From Cyanophora paradoxa CCMP329 (Eukaryota; Plantae; Glaucophyta), in NCBI GenBank assembly GCA_004431415.1, contig QPMI01000093.1, forward strand, positions 124,001-188,000: a stretch of DNA of 64,000 bases, given 5' to 3'. The notes below the pieces were generated by a model, which was given only the letters and a program-made list of their open reading frames with translations, ran no database searches and was not told the origin of the DNA. Shown here in pieces: positions 24,060-37,900 of the stretch. How positions within the stretch are numbered: position 1 is the first letter of the stretch; each line of letters opens with the position of its first letter. Position numbers and translations under genes: made by a program.

Positions 24060-24770
24060 GCCCTCATGATCAGGTCCTCAGGTTGCAGGGCCATGCAGTG
24101 TGCAGGCTGCAGCTATACTATGATAGCCTATAGCTAGCCTGCACTGGCCCTGCCAGCTGCCAGGGCTGCAGGCTGCAGACTGCAGACTGCAGCCAGTGCC
24201 AGGCTGCGCGCAGCATGCGCAGACTCAGGCAGCGCAGTGCAGCCTGCAGCCTGCAGACTGCAGTGCCCTGCACTCAGTCTGCCAGCCAGTGCCAGCCGGC
24301 GCCTGCAGCTGGCAGCCGGCGGCCCGGCGCCACTCCGTGTGACTGGCACTGACTGCTAGCTATAGGCTGGCTCTGCCGCTGCGGGAGTCTGCGCCAGCTG
24401 CACTGCGGCAGCCTGCAGGCTGCAGCCTGCAGCCTGCAGGGCCGTGCAGGCTGCAGGCTGCAGCCTGGCAGACTCTGTGGCTCGGAGCCTCGGACCCGGG
24501 AGTCTCTGCAACTTAGACTGCAAGCTCAGTGAGACTGCGCATCATGGGCCTAGATTCATGGCATGCAGGCTGCTGCACTGCGGCAGCCTGGCTGAGCCTG
24601 CACTGGCCCTGCAGTCACTGGGTGCCCTGCACTGCGGCGCCGGCAGGCTGCAGGCTGCAGGCTAGCCGCTAGCGGCTAGCGGCTAGCCGGCAGCTAGCGG
24701 CTAGCCTGCAGCCTGCAGCTGCAGCCTGCTGAGTCAGTGCAGACTGCAGACTGCAGGCTGCAGGTGCATA
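24060..24770. repeat. Low-complexity CTGCAG/GCAGCCTG/GCTAGC-rich tract
   Basis: Dozens of CTGCAG and related palindromic hexamers; no coherent protein. Similar tracts at ~215-500, ~12780-13000 and ~28300-28620. Confidence 0.85.
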
Positions 24771-25165
24771 TGAGAAGAAACGTTTCGAAAAGAACAACTT
24801 CCGAAGTTCGCAAATCAAGTTGGCCAATCGTACTACCAAGTTCTGGGCCAATCATGAACATCTCGAACAGACGAAGCTCTTCGATACCAACAACTTCAAA
24901 ACGCCTTTCATCTCGCAACTTAGAGTCGCAAGCTTCCCTTCACACCATCAACCGTTAATGGCCAATCGCGAACCGCGGCCCGGCGGCCCCGTATGAATCG
25001 GTATGATAGACTTTTCTCTGACTTTGATAGTACGTATGATAGATAGACTAAGCGCGAAACCACGCGGTTCTGGTGCTAAACACTCTTATATAAGCTGCCT
25101 GAGCATTGCGAGTGCCCTCTATATCTGTTGGGGGTCGAATAATAGGGTCAATGTGCCACCAAGGG

Positions 25166-27003
25166 TTTTTTTTTTGCAAAAGTGGACGTCGCATTGATAC
25201 ACCACGGCACATGTATCAATGTTCTACGTGACGTGCCCTTCCGACCGGTCATCTATCTAGCCGAGGGTGCTAGCTAGGTGCCGGCCATGGGTCGCTCAAT
25301 ATGGGAGGTTCGCCTGAGTGGGGGAGCCATGGTTTTCGGTGATAGCCGTAACCAGACCCACGCGCCCACCCCTTGATCAACTCCTCCATCCCTCATGAGC
25401 CCTGGAAGTGAAGTGTCTCGCAGTCCGCCGCCCTCCCTTGCCGCCGCTCCGCCACGCCTCCTCCTCCCCACTCCGCCTCCTCCCTCCTCCTCACCTGCGC
25501 CCCAGGACCCCGATTAATCGGTGTCCCGTTTTGTCGAGGTGAAGAAGGTGGTAGGAGGAAGATATGAGGAAGGAGAGGGAGTGGGCGGAGGCAGCAGCTT
25601 GGGCGGGCAGCGGATGCGGGGCAAGGCAGGGAGAGGTGCCGGGACGGCAGAGTGGAGAGAGCGTGGGCACTGACAGGCGACGCAGAGAGCTGGAGTGCGG
25701 AGACGAGGCGGGCCGCGAGGGGTCGGGAGGGGTCGACCGGGTTAGAGGGAGGGGCCGAGGCCAGGGGGTGGCCGAAGCCATGGGGTTGGCCGAAGCCAGG
25801 GGGTGGCCGAAGCCGATGGGGTGGCCGAAGCCAAAGGGGGGCCGGGGCCATTGGGGGGCCGAAGCCATAGGGGTGGCCGGAGCCAGCGGGGGTCTGACAC
25901 TTGAGGGCCGGTTGGGCCGGGGGGAGACCGTAGGGGCCGAGGGGCAGCGTCTTGCGAGGTCCGAGCGGGGGGTCAGCTGAAGCGAGGGGGGGAGGGGGAG
26001 TTGGCTGCTTGCAGCGTCGTAAGTGGTTTGTACACTCCGGGTGCAAAGAGGGACGTGATTGTGGGTTGCCCCGTGGGTATCGGCACCGTTCGCGCTTTTT
26101 TTATCATGCGCCTGGGAGTCTTGCGGCCGGTTGCCTTTCTTTTCGCCGTAGGTACGGGCGGGGCGGGTGTAGAGGCGGGAGGGGGAGGGGTCGCGGGGCG
26201 CGGGCATTTGGGTGCCGGGGCGGAGGGGTATCGGCTGTCCGTTTACGTGAGGCAGGCGACGGGCGTGTTCGTTTCGGGGAGGGGCCAGGGGGGCCCCGGA
26301 GCGGGGCGTTTGGAAGGTTGGGTAGTGTTCGTAGGACCCGCGGGCGAAGCGGGCAGGATGCCAGTGTCGGAGTTCTCGTGTGACTGTCGTGCTGGGGTAC
26401 CGCAGGTGGGGAGGCAGGGCAGGAGGTGATCTCAGGGCGGGCGGGGCATTTTCCCCGTCTGGCGTCGGAGTGGGCCTGGAGGGCAGATGCAGAGGCGAAC
26501 CGAGTGCCGCAGGTGCAGGAGAAGTCAGACGTCCGGCGGCGGGTCCTGCATCGGGCAGCTGGGGGAGGGGGGGCCTGGGGTGAGGGGCGACGGGGAGTCG
26601 TGCAATTGCTTGGCGGAAGTTTTCCAAGAGAATCCATGGTTGGCCTTCCGAGCCCAATTCGCAGCAGAAGTCGGTGATGGAGATGGTATCATGGAGGGAG
26701 GGGGCGGGGGGAGGACGGGGGGGAGGGGGGGGACTGGGCGGCTGCACTAGAGGCGAGCGGGAGGGTTTGGAGTCTGCATGTTTGCGGTACCGACGTTTGG
26801 TTCTGTCATTGATGCCGTGTCGGAGCTCCCAGGCGTGGTTGCGGGCGCAGCGGTCTCTCCAGATCGCACGGAGGTGTTGGTCGAGGAGCAGCGCTAGGTC
26901 TTTTTGGATTGACGATGAGGTGGTCTTGTTGATGCCCAGAGCTGTGCAGAGGGCAGGCAGTCCTGCCGGGGTACCGAGGCGCAGGAGAGCGAGGGCGGGG
27001 AAG
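25166..27003 (-). mobile_element. 5'-truncated non-LTR retrotransposon (LINE) 3' end
   Basis: 17-bp exact TSD CAATGTGCCACCAAGGG at 25149-25165 and 27004-27020. T10 at 25166-25175 is a minus-strand poly(A). The minus ORF contains IWRDRCARNHAWELRHGINDRTKRR, resembling LINE ORF2 C-termini. ~18-bp GGGGTGGCCGAAGCCA repeats at ~25755-25885. Confidence 0.88.
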
Positions 27004-27460
27004 CAATGTGCCACCAAGGGGGTACTGGATGGTCTGGAGCTGCCGTCTGATCAGCTTATGGGCATCATATCAAGCTGCAGAAGTGCCCAGAAGGTCTCTA
27101 GACGTGTATAGAACTGCATTATATCGCTCTAGCATGAACAGATTCGTCCTAGCTATATAGAGTGCAAGAAATGCCATGATGGTGTGTCTACGGGTACCCC
27201 CCCAAACTAATAAACGTTATTAATAAGAATGGCTGTTCCGCGACCTTACTAATAACGTATTATTAATACGTTATTAATAAAATATAATGAGTACTCATTA
27301 ATAAAGTGCCCATCACTGCGTTTAAGTACGTTACCTTTCACTGCAAATTCTACAATCATTCCTTCGATCATGTTAAACGAAATGCCCATGAATGCCCGGA
27401 ATTATTTCATGAATGCCCGGATCCCGGAACTCTAAGTCGCGAATCGCGATCGACATCGAG

Positions 27461-28096
27461 TAGGCCTGCGGCTTGCCGTCAAGCGCTTGAGCCAAAGCTC
27501 AAGCCGGGCTGGGCGGTCAAGCGCTTGACCGGCTTTTGGCCGGCTCAAGCCGGCTCAAGCCCTGGCCCGGGGGGGTGCAGGGGAGGGGGGATCGGCGCGC
27601 GGGGGGTACTTCGACGCAGCTGCAGCGAATTCGAATTCGAAGCCGGCGCGGCGCGCGCGCGCGCGCCTGCATGCGCAATCGATGGCATCGCGACCGTCGG
27701 ACCGAATGTCGATCTAGAGGTCTGAAGAGCGTGCAGGTATGATCGATATATATACATATCGAGGCGCGCACGGCGCGCGTGCGCACGGCCGGCGCCGACG
27801 TCGCGAGCTCCGAGCTTGCCGAGTCGATATATTAGCAGCTCATGATCAGTGTTTAGATGTGTTTCTTTAGAATTCAAAGCAAAATAAGCGCTAGCTCTAG
27901 CATTTCGCTGCGGCGCTGAGGGCTTGCGGAAGTGTACCCCCCCTTCGGCTTGCCTCAAGCCGGGCCAAGCGCTTGACCCGGCCAAGTGGCCAAGCGCTTG
28001 TCCGGGCCGGCCGGCCGGCTTGGCTTGGCTTGGCCGCGAGCGCCCCGGGCTTGGCTTGACTTGAGCCGACTTTCTGGCGGTCAAGCCGCACCCCTA
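27461..28096. mobile_element. Non-autonomous hAT-like DNA transposon (MITE-like)
   Basis: Imperfect TIRs TAGGCCTGCGGCTTG... and ...CAAGCCGCACCCCTA. (A)CATCGAG is duplicated on both sides (27453-27460; 28096/7-28103). Dense subterminal CAAGC/GCTTG motifs at both ends. Confidence 0.75.
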
Positions 28097-28964
28097 CATC
28101 GAGGCTGATGATGATCGAGCCTGCGAGCTCGGCGGCGATCGAGCGCTATAGCTAGCGCTAGCTATTCTAACTTCTAAGCTATAGCCTATAGCCTAGTAGC
28201 TATAGGATAGCCTATCATATACTATGATATATAGTCGGATGAGCGATGAGTATCGGATGTGGGCCCATCATGTGGCCCGCATCCCGATTCCCGAGCTATC
28301 ATAGTATAGCCTAGGAGGCTATAGCCGCTGACTCAGTGAGCCTACTAGTATAGCCTGCACAGGCTGCACTGCGGGCCTGCGGCACTGCAGCTGCGGCCGG
28401 GCAGGCTGCAGCCTGCCAGTGCAGCATCGATATCGAATCATTATCGATATCGCAGGCTTTCGCCGAGTCGCAGGCTCGCAGACTGGCAGCTGCCACTGCC
28501 TGCCAGACTGTGCCAGTTCAAAGTTGCAGTGCAGCCTGACTGCCTGCCAGACTGAGCCAGTTCAGACTGTGCCTGCGCAGCTGCAGCCTGCCGCACTGCG
28601 GCAGTGGCACTCACATCGTAGTAGGGTAGCACCGACTGTACCGTACTACGGTAGTACGCGACTACGTATATTACGGTATATACTACGCGTCAGCCTGGCA
28701 GGGGGCCGCTCACCGTGACACGCCGCGGCCGTGACGCGGAGGCCGCTGAGCTCGAGCTTGAGCATTACGGACGGCCGCGGCAAATCAAGGCCTTGGGCTT
28801 CAGAGCTTCAGAGCTCCGGATCTTTCATGGGGGCGGAGCCGCAAGCTGCGCTTCTTTGCGGCGGAGCCATTCGATCGCGAAGCGCGACATCGACAATGAC
28901 GAAGCCCAAGCCGGCACGCACGCCCGCGGGCCGGCGCCGCGGACTTGCGATCGGCCTCTACGCT

Positions 28965-31900
28965 ATGCGATCGATGCCAGGTCTTAAATCACAACGTCTC
29001 GCATGCAAGACTCTGCTGACCGCGAGCACATTGATGGTCCTTTGCGGCGGCTTCCTTCTTCTTGCGTTGCGGGCTGTGCCGACGAGCGCGACCGGTTCCG
29101 CAGTAGGTGAGGTACCGGCGCCGCCTGCTGCTCATTCCAGCTCGTTGCTCGAGATTCTCATTCAAATCGTGCAGGGAATCTCCGGAAGATTCACATGGTC
29201 AAACAGCTCTCGCCGCTTGGGGGGGACGCCCCGGAGTCGGCCGAGCTCCGCCTCGCCATTCTCGGTACAGCAGACACGGGCGAAATGCAGTTATGCGGTG
29301 AGCTGAAAAGCTCATTCTGTGACCTTCAAGGCTTGCGTCGATGATCTCGGCAGAGTGGGATTTCGTCAACAGCATTTGCATGACCACTGTTGACCTGACA
29401 AAAACAGCGAATCCCGTGTGCCTCAGTTGCACTGCTGTTTGAAATTTATGCTGCAACTGGCAAACTGATCGAAACTGTCTAGAATAATGACGGAGAGTTT
29501 CGCGGCGCCACGGATTTCTCATTCTCCTCGTTTTCACCCTTCCCCGGACGCCACGTACGTCGCCTGCGGCGCGTGCTTGCAATTGATCATGATTCGTACG
29601 CGTATCACGGCAGAACCCGGATGACATTGGCCGCTGGGTTGGAGACATCGCCTATCTCTTTAACGAGGACAACTTCCTAACAGATAGGACGACAGTTTGG
29701 TCGACTTATGATGCATCCAGTTCAGAACTTCCTCCAAATGATCTGCCATATCTGATGGGCTATGGCATGATCTGGAACTTTTCATGCTCGTATGAGACAG
29801 AAAAATTGCTTAGTCCTTTCGCTTTAGAAGCAAACGAAGACGACTCATTCTGTTTCTTGTATGCCGCCTATAACTGGCTCGGCCATGCATTCGCCAATCG
29901 GAGTCGACTCCGAGAGCTCGGGCCCTCTAATGTGCGTTGATGGATCCATGCACATATGCATGCATATGGATCTATGCTAAGCAGTTTTCGCATGCGCAGT
30001 GCAGTCAGGAGTTTTTTGATTGGATTAAAAACGAGTTTCAACATGATAACGAATGGCCATGGACGAGAGAAGAAGGCTGTGGCAAAACTGTGGCCGACCA
30101 AGGAAGGAGTATCTTTGAGTATCTGGACATCTTGAACACATGTGATCCCGACAGCGGTAGCAACCCTAGCGACACACTTTGTGATCCTTACGCCACAGAA
30201 GAAACCAGCGGCGCATGGTGCTGAAAAATTACATACGAATCACCATACGACCTACATACTTGTTAACACTGCGCGCGCACCGTGGCACAGGTGGCGCGAG
30301 ACCCTCTTTGCGATTGTGGCGTACATCACAACAACTCCGCCAAACGATGCTGATGTGGATGAGCGACTGTTGACACCCTGGGACACTATGTCTGTCAATT
30401 GTTACGGCTGTCGATCGCAATAGTATCCCCGTGTATGCATATTTAGCTTGCGTGTGCAGGTACCGGCTTTTCGGCGCAATCGATACAATGTTCGTTCTCG
30501 ACACGAGGCCAACTGGGTCTTTGGGGTGGATGATACACGTGCGAGATTTAGTAACGCACAGATCTTGAGTGACTCTGACGAATACATGTGACACGCCAAG
30601 GCAAATTTGTTTGGCGTGATGAAACGGAGGAAAGGGTCGCGTGTTGAGGCCGCATCGTCGAATCTTGCAAACTTCACCAGGGATTTGCTCGATGTGACCG
30701 GAGGCCCATTCTCCACGGGCGACGAGCTTGCCTGTCCAATCTGTAAGTTTTGACACGCGCGGCATACGGCAGTGCATACGCACTCGACGGCGCAGCTGCA
30801 GGCTAAACCTTTTCGCACGTTGCAGGGGAAGATGAAAATGTCGCTCCTGATGGGGAAGGTCCGTCTACGGAGGGTGAAACCGTAAGGCTTGTTCTAGAGC
30901 TTGCACACTTCACATTCTGGCAGCGCGGTGCGAAACGCAATCGAAGCAACTCTAGTCTGCAGCTAATCTGCGGCTTTTCAGGGGTGGCGTATTTTGCATC
31001 GTACCTAGATCTGGCACCAATAATCCCAGATTTAAATTCGGAGGATACGTACGAGTTCAGTGAGCTGAGACCAGTGCTGCGGCTCTGCCGTCTTCGGCGT
31101 GACTCCACTCGACAATTAGACCTGGATTTTAAAGAGGGAATCACGCTTCTGCGGAAGGAGATCGGAGAGGAATACTACCTTGTGCCAAAATTAGTTCACT
31201 CGACTAACAAGATCCTCGGAAAGCAAGAGAAACTCGGATACGAATTCGAACTCTTCTCGCACACCCTTCCACTGCCTGCCGTGATGCATGCAATGGCGTG
31301 TGACGGCCGAACTAGTAAGAACGGCCCGATCCGCTACCACGGCATCATGAGGCTGCCATTCTTCAAAGCTGAACATCGTGATGATTTAGAATACCGGGAA
31401 GTGCGACACGTCGTAGCGGGTTAGCACAGATTGTTCCCTTATGCCCTTACACCCTTATGCTGCGGACTCGGCTAACGCGTCCTGATCAGCCTGGAGCTGG
31501 GATGTCTACGACGATGGCCGTGCTGAGCTCATGCGTCCTCCCAAAATTCTCGTCAGCCTTCCGGCGCCTTACATCAACAAAACACTCTCCTCCAACTTCG
31601 ATAACACTGTGGCACCTCAATTCATCGCCCAAAACGCTTGGTCGGGTAACGGCAAAGCGGGCACAGGGGTTTGTCCAGTTTTTCTACAAAGGTCCTATAT
31701 CTAGCAAATTAAAAAATGTATATTGCAGGCGGGCGAAGGGCATTGGGTGGAAGGCATTGACAAGTTCTATTCTTTCTACGTCTTCCCTCATGTGGTCGTG
31801 CGGATGAGGTCGGCACTGATAATCCGCTTCGTGCTTATCGGAAATGAAATTAAGTTTTTTCTGCAGGCGGCCTTCGTTGCATCAATCTGGAATGGGGGGA

Positions 31901-34900
31901 GAGCTGGCAGGGAACATGTCGCTAGGAGGGGATCCCGACTACGAAGGGGTCTTTCCCGGGGTAGTGAAGTGGTCCTCAGTGTCAGCGGCGGTCTACATGA
32001 ACGGAAACCTGTACATCGTGAGAGAGAGGTAGGCCTAGGGATCTATATATAGTTAGACCTTCTTACTCCTCCTTGCGCTTGCGCGTCGAAACGGAGATTG
32101 GCAGACACACTCGGGAGAATACTCCGTTCGCAGTCCAGTATCACGACTTAAGACTGCGTTTGTCGAAGACTGCAGCCCGCTCCCGCGATCCTACGAGCGA
32201 GTTGATTGTCGTTCGTGGCTTTCCAATTTCTTCGTGGCTATGCAACTCAATGTCAATCGACTTCCTGCGGTGTTGGCTAGATCCGCAATGTGGACGAGAA
32301 CGTGTTTTCTAATGCAGTTTTAAAAGCGCACACCGTTATTGCGCAAGGCAATCTGCCGCATCCGATTGGGTATGTGCACATTGGTGAATCTATAACGGTA
32401 CGAATCGCTTAGAGCCATTAATATTATACGCAGCGGAGGGCTTGCTCTTGTCGACTACGAGTGACCGCTTTTGATCATGATGATGTGGAACAACATAATT
32501 TCTTTCCAATTCCGAATACGATTGCGCAGTAAATCTGGAGTCTACTCTCTCATGAAACAAGTCATTCCAATGGAAAAAAAGTATCCCGTTTTCGACCCCC
32601 AAAGTCTTTCCTTGAGAATGAGTCGCTACGTTGTATTGTATTCGACAAGGTGCGTAAAACACAACAAATCAGCTAAATTAGTAATGAGACGCCATGATCG
32701 ACGTCGACGTCAAGATTGTCTTCTCGCCCATGGCGCTAATAAGTTTTGCATTCGAATTCAGTGGCTCTATCTACCGCGTCCATTCTGAATGCAAGAGGGG
32801 AACGGTGTGTACGGCGCTATATATATGCTTGCAAATCTGTCTGGGTGAGACAGAGCGCTGACTCGACAATATCAATAGTACTTCAACTCGGAAACGCTCT
32901 TCGGCCGAGGAGAGGAGTGCATTCCCATTCCGCCAGGTGCATTCTCACATTCGATTCAATTATCGATATCTGCAGGAGTCCTCGCAGTATTGATTCGATA
33001 AACTTGAAGGATGGGCCGGCAACATTACTGGAATGTTGAACTACACGCTTGAGGGGCACGAGTGCCTTCCTGGGCAATATTCGGAGGGCGGAGCGACCGA
33101 ATGTGAGTCGACTCATTTTCCGTTTGCGTGCGGCCTGGTGCTGGCTGAGCCTTCTTGATTAGGTTTTCTGTGCGAGAAAGGCACGTCAAGTAATTCTCGA
33201 GCTGGTTCTTGCTATGGTTCAGTATTGTTTCGCATACTTTTAGTTTGAATTCTTCGAAATTCGCGCTCATGATGTTGCACGTCCGAAGATTGTCCGGTCA
33301 ACACTTACAACAATGAAACGGGGGGGGGCTGTAAAACTTGCTACAATAACGAGTACACGCCAAGCCCTCGCTGGGGATCTCCATGCCTAGGCAAGCTGCT
33401 ATCTATCTTTCTATCTATATAGCTATATTTACTATGATATGTGTGCATCGCCGTACATGTACATTTGGTATCTCGCGCAGGGCGTGGATTTTCATCGTGT
33501 CACTCACATAGCGTTTTTCTTCAGTCTGCGAAGCAGGGTTCTACCTTCCATTTGAAGGCGCCATTGGTGAATTCACAACACAAAATTCGTGATTCTTCTG
33601 CAAACTGATTCGTACAAATGCATTCAAAGCCTGCTTGCCGTGTCCAGCAATGACATTTTCCAAACAAGGTATGCACACGAATGTATTCTTGAAATCTCTC
33701 GATTGGCTTGCTTTCTCATCGCACTCTGTGCAGGGGCACTGAGTCTCACCGATTGCAAGGAATGTGCGAACAAACTTCCATTCGCTTTATTTCTTCTTTC
33801 CAGCTAGGCCGAGCAAACCTGCTCGTGGCAGGTTCTTTGGGGCAGGTTTCCACAGGCCAGTCGACCACTTGTAAGTATACCACCTGTGACTAGCGATCGC
33901 GCATTTACTCCTTGAGCTGCTATCGATATCGATGCTGCTCGATTCGGATTCATGCTGCCGCGGTTTAATTTCTTTCCAGGCACTCCTTGTCTGCCGGGCA
34001 CGTACCAGAAGGAGATAGGGCTTCCATGTCAGCCTTGTCCAATCAATACAATCCGTCCCAGCTCCGAAACTATAGACTGCAGAAGGTGCTCATTCGTGCT
34101 CGCGACATGCGTTCGAGTTGGACCGATATCGATAAACCTGTTTTGCAACTAATCCAATACTACTCAGCTGTATCAATGGGACATACGCATCTGCAGACGG
34201 ACAGAATTGCCTCGGTAATTGTCTCCGCTCGCAATTTCCGTGTCGGTATCGTATTTATCGTTTATACTCCGTGTACCCAGATTGTCCTGCCGGGACCTAC
34301 CGGCACAACAAAATGGCTGTATGTGAAACAGTCCCGTTCGGAAGCGTCGCGCCTGTCCGCAGTGCAAACTATACAAACTGCCCTGCGGGAACAGTTCCCA
34401 ACCCAGAACGCTCATCCTGCGTTGGCTGCGGCAAGGGAAACTTTGAGACCAACAAGGAGTGCCGCCCCTGCCTCGGCAACACCTACTCGACGGTGCAAGA
34501 CGCCACGGCATGCGACACGTGCAAGCCTGGCTTTGTGGCCGCCGCAGACCACCAGGGCTGCGAGGTATGACTGGAGTCGAATGATCGCCCCCTGTACACG
34601 CGTACGCATGGGGCCTAGCACGTGCTGAACATGCGTTGTTTTCGCCTGCAGCCGTGCTCCCCCGGGACGTTCCGGAGCCAGAACGCATCAGAGTGCCTCC
34701 CGTGCCCATGGGGTACGCACCCACGCTCGTGACCTTGCTTGCATTGCAATTGACCGGCCGGCGGGCCTGCTCCACACAGGAACTTACAGCATCGGGAGTG
34801 CTCCGAACTGCACATCGTGTGCAATCGGTTCAATCTCGACGGCCGACCGGATATCTTGCGAGCTATGCCGGCCTGGATTCTACCAGAAGGGTCTCTACTG

Positions 34901-37900
34901 CCTCGAGTGCGTTCGCCATACATTTTTACCGCTTCTGCTGCAATCGTCGACGACTAACGGAAGCGAACCCCGCGCCGCGGCGCCGTCCAGGTGCCCGGCC
35001 AACTCTGTCACGCCGCAGGCTGGAGCGACCTTCTGCGACGCGTGCAGGCCAGGCTACTTCGCCTCTGCCGATCGCCAGAACTGCCTAGTGCGCTAATGCT
35101 CATGAGCCAGACTTCGGTTTATGATTGTTTTGGCGTTTGATACGCTTTGCCGCCGGGCCGGCTATGTCGAGTTGCGATTGCTGATTGCATTTCTGGCTTC
35201 AATTTCGGCCAGGCTTGTCCGGCTGGAACGTACCAGCCCAAGAACAAGACGCAGTGCGAGCGGTAAGCGCGGCCGGTTTGGCCAGCCAATGCGCTCAGCA
35301 GCTCATACAAAGTGTCGTCGCTAATGCGTGCGAACCTCAATCGGATGCGAAGCTGCCCCCACAATACGATTTCTAGCACGGAGGGAAGCTCGAACTGTAC
35401 GGCATGCGTGGCAGGAGAGTATGCCTCTGGCGACAGCCAGACCTGTCTCAGTGCGCGCTTTTCCCCGCTCTAGAAACGAGTTTTGAATTAACGTCAAATC
35501 CGCACACGTAGAGTGTCCAGCGGGCACCTTCCGAGACGACACAATGTCGGGCTGTGGGCCGGTCCCCTTTGACGCCGTTGCACCCGCCGGCAGCACGAAC
35601 TTCACGCGGTGCAGAGCTGGAACCGTTCCAAATCCCGAGCGCACATTCTGCGTTGGCTGCGGCAAGGGAAACTTTGAGACCAACAAGGAGTGCCGCCCCT
35701 GCCTCGGCAACACCTACTCGACGGTGCAAGACGCCACGGCATGCGACACGTGCAAGCCTGGCTTTGTGGCCGCCGCAGACCACCAGGGCTGCGAGGTATG
35801 ACTGGAGTCGAATGATCGCCCCCTGTACACGCGTACGCATGGGGCCTAGCACGTGCTGAACATGCGTTGTTTTCGCCTGCAGCCGTGCTCCCCCGGGACG
35901 TTCCGGAGCCAGAACGCATCAGAGTGCCTCCCGTGCCCATGGGGTACGCACCCACGCTCGTGACCTTGCTTGCATTGCAATTGACCGGCCGGCGGGCCTG
36001 CTCCACACAGGAACTTACAGCATCGGGAGTGCTCCGAACTGCACATCGTGTGCAATCGGTTCAATCTCGACGGCCGACCGGATATCTTGCGAGCTATGCC
36101 GGCCTGGATTCTACCAGAAGGGTCTCTACTGCCTCGAGTGCGTTCGCCATACATTTTTACCGCTTCTGCTGCAATCGTCGACGACTAACGGAAGCGAACC
36201 CCGCGCCGCGGCGCCGTCCAGGTGCCCGGCCAACTCTGTCACGCCGCAGGCTGGAGCGACCTTCTGCGACGCGTGCAGGCCAGGCTACTTCGCCTCTGCC
36301 GATCGCCAGAACTGCCTAGTGCGCTAATGCTCATGAGCCAGACTTCGGTTTATGATTGTTTTGACGTTTGATACGCTTTGCCGCCGGGCCGGCTATGTCG
36401 AGTTGCGATTGCTGATTGCATTTCTGGCTTCAATTTCGGCCAGGCTTGTCCGGCTGGAACGTACCAGCCCAAGAACAAGACGCAGTGCGAGCGGTAAGCG
36501 CGGCCGGTTTGGCCAGCCAATGCGCTCAGCAGCTCATACAAAGTGTCGTCGCTAATGCGTGCGAACCTCAATCGGATGCGAAGCTGCCCCCACAATACGA
36601 TTTCTAGCACGGAGGGAAGCTCGAACTGTACGGCATGCGTGGCAGGAGAGTATGCCTCTGGCGACAGCCAGACCTGTCTCAGTGCGCGCTTTTCCCCGCT
36701 CTAGAAACGAGTTTTGAATTAACGTCAAATCCGCACACGTAGAGTGTCCAGCGGGCACCTTCCGAGACGACACAATGTCGGGCTGTGGGCCGGTCCCCTT
36801 TGGCGCCGTTGCGCTTGCCGGCAGCACGAACTTTACGCAGTGCAAAGCCGGAACCGTTCCAAATTCCGAGCGCACATCCTGCGTTGGCTGCGGCAAGGGA
36901 AATTTTGAGACCAACAAGGAGTGCCGCCCCTGCCTCGGCAACACCTACTCGACGGTGCAAGACGCCACGGCATGCGACACGTGCAAGCCTGGCTTTGTGG
37001 CCGCCGCAGACCACCAGGGCTGCGAGGTATGACTGGAGTCGAATGATCGCCCCCTGTACACGCGTACGCATGGGGCCTAGCACGTGCTGAACATGCGTTG
37101 TTTTCGCCTGCAGCCGTGCTCCCCCGGGACGTTCCGGAGCCAGAACGCATCAGAGTGCCTCCCGTGCCCATGGGGTACGCACCCACGCTCGTGACCTTGC
37201 TTGCACTGCTTGCATCCACTGCATGCGTATTGCAAACCCCGTCAGAATTTAGGTTCAATTGAGATTTGATTACAGACCGCAGGAATGTACAGTATCGGAG
37301 GGGCAAACACATGCACGCCATGCTTGAATGGAACGGTCTCGCAGGAGGACAGGACACGCTGTCTGCCTTGTCGCGCTGGCTGGTTCGAGAGCAACAAGAC
37401 GTGCATTGAGTGCGATATTTTACTTTGGGATAGAGGCTTCTTAAACTATCAAGTGCCTAATCAGCAGCCTGCACACGTTTGCGTGGTGCAATGCAGATGT
37501 CCGATGAACTCGATTACCCCTGAGGCAGGGGCAACAAGCTGTCGAGCGTGTCCAGCGGGCAGCATAGCGTCGATGGATCGGCAAAATTGCTTGGTGCGCA
37601 TGCACATGTGATTTTTCTAGCCAATTGAAATGTGTCCAAGTACGTACGAATACATTCTGATACGAACGTGCACGTGCGCATGCAGCCATGCCCCCAGGGA
37701 ACCGTCCGAGCTGAAGGAGATGCAAGCTGTCAATTGGTGTGATCTCTATATATATATATATCTTGCAAGAAATTGGGAAAGCAATTCTTTATTGTTAACG
37801 CTTGGGTCTGCTTTTTTATGCCCAATTGCACAGTGCCCGTTCTCCTTCTACACTCCCGCAGCTGGCGCGTCCACGTGCACGAAATGGTGCGCGTGCCGCA

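Noticed and set aside
24768-27150. ~100-codon ORF restored by removing the LINE
   Set aside because: No recognisable motifs or splice pattern; more likely old repeat sequence.
30560-33010. Apparent in-frame TGA codons (~30588, ~32991) suggesting recoding or a pseudogene
   Set aside because: Both can be placed in introns using downstream AAG acceptors (~30600, ~33009), which this genome uses elsewhere. Other genes use TGG normally.
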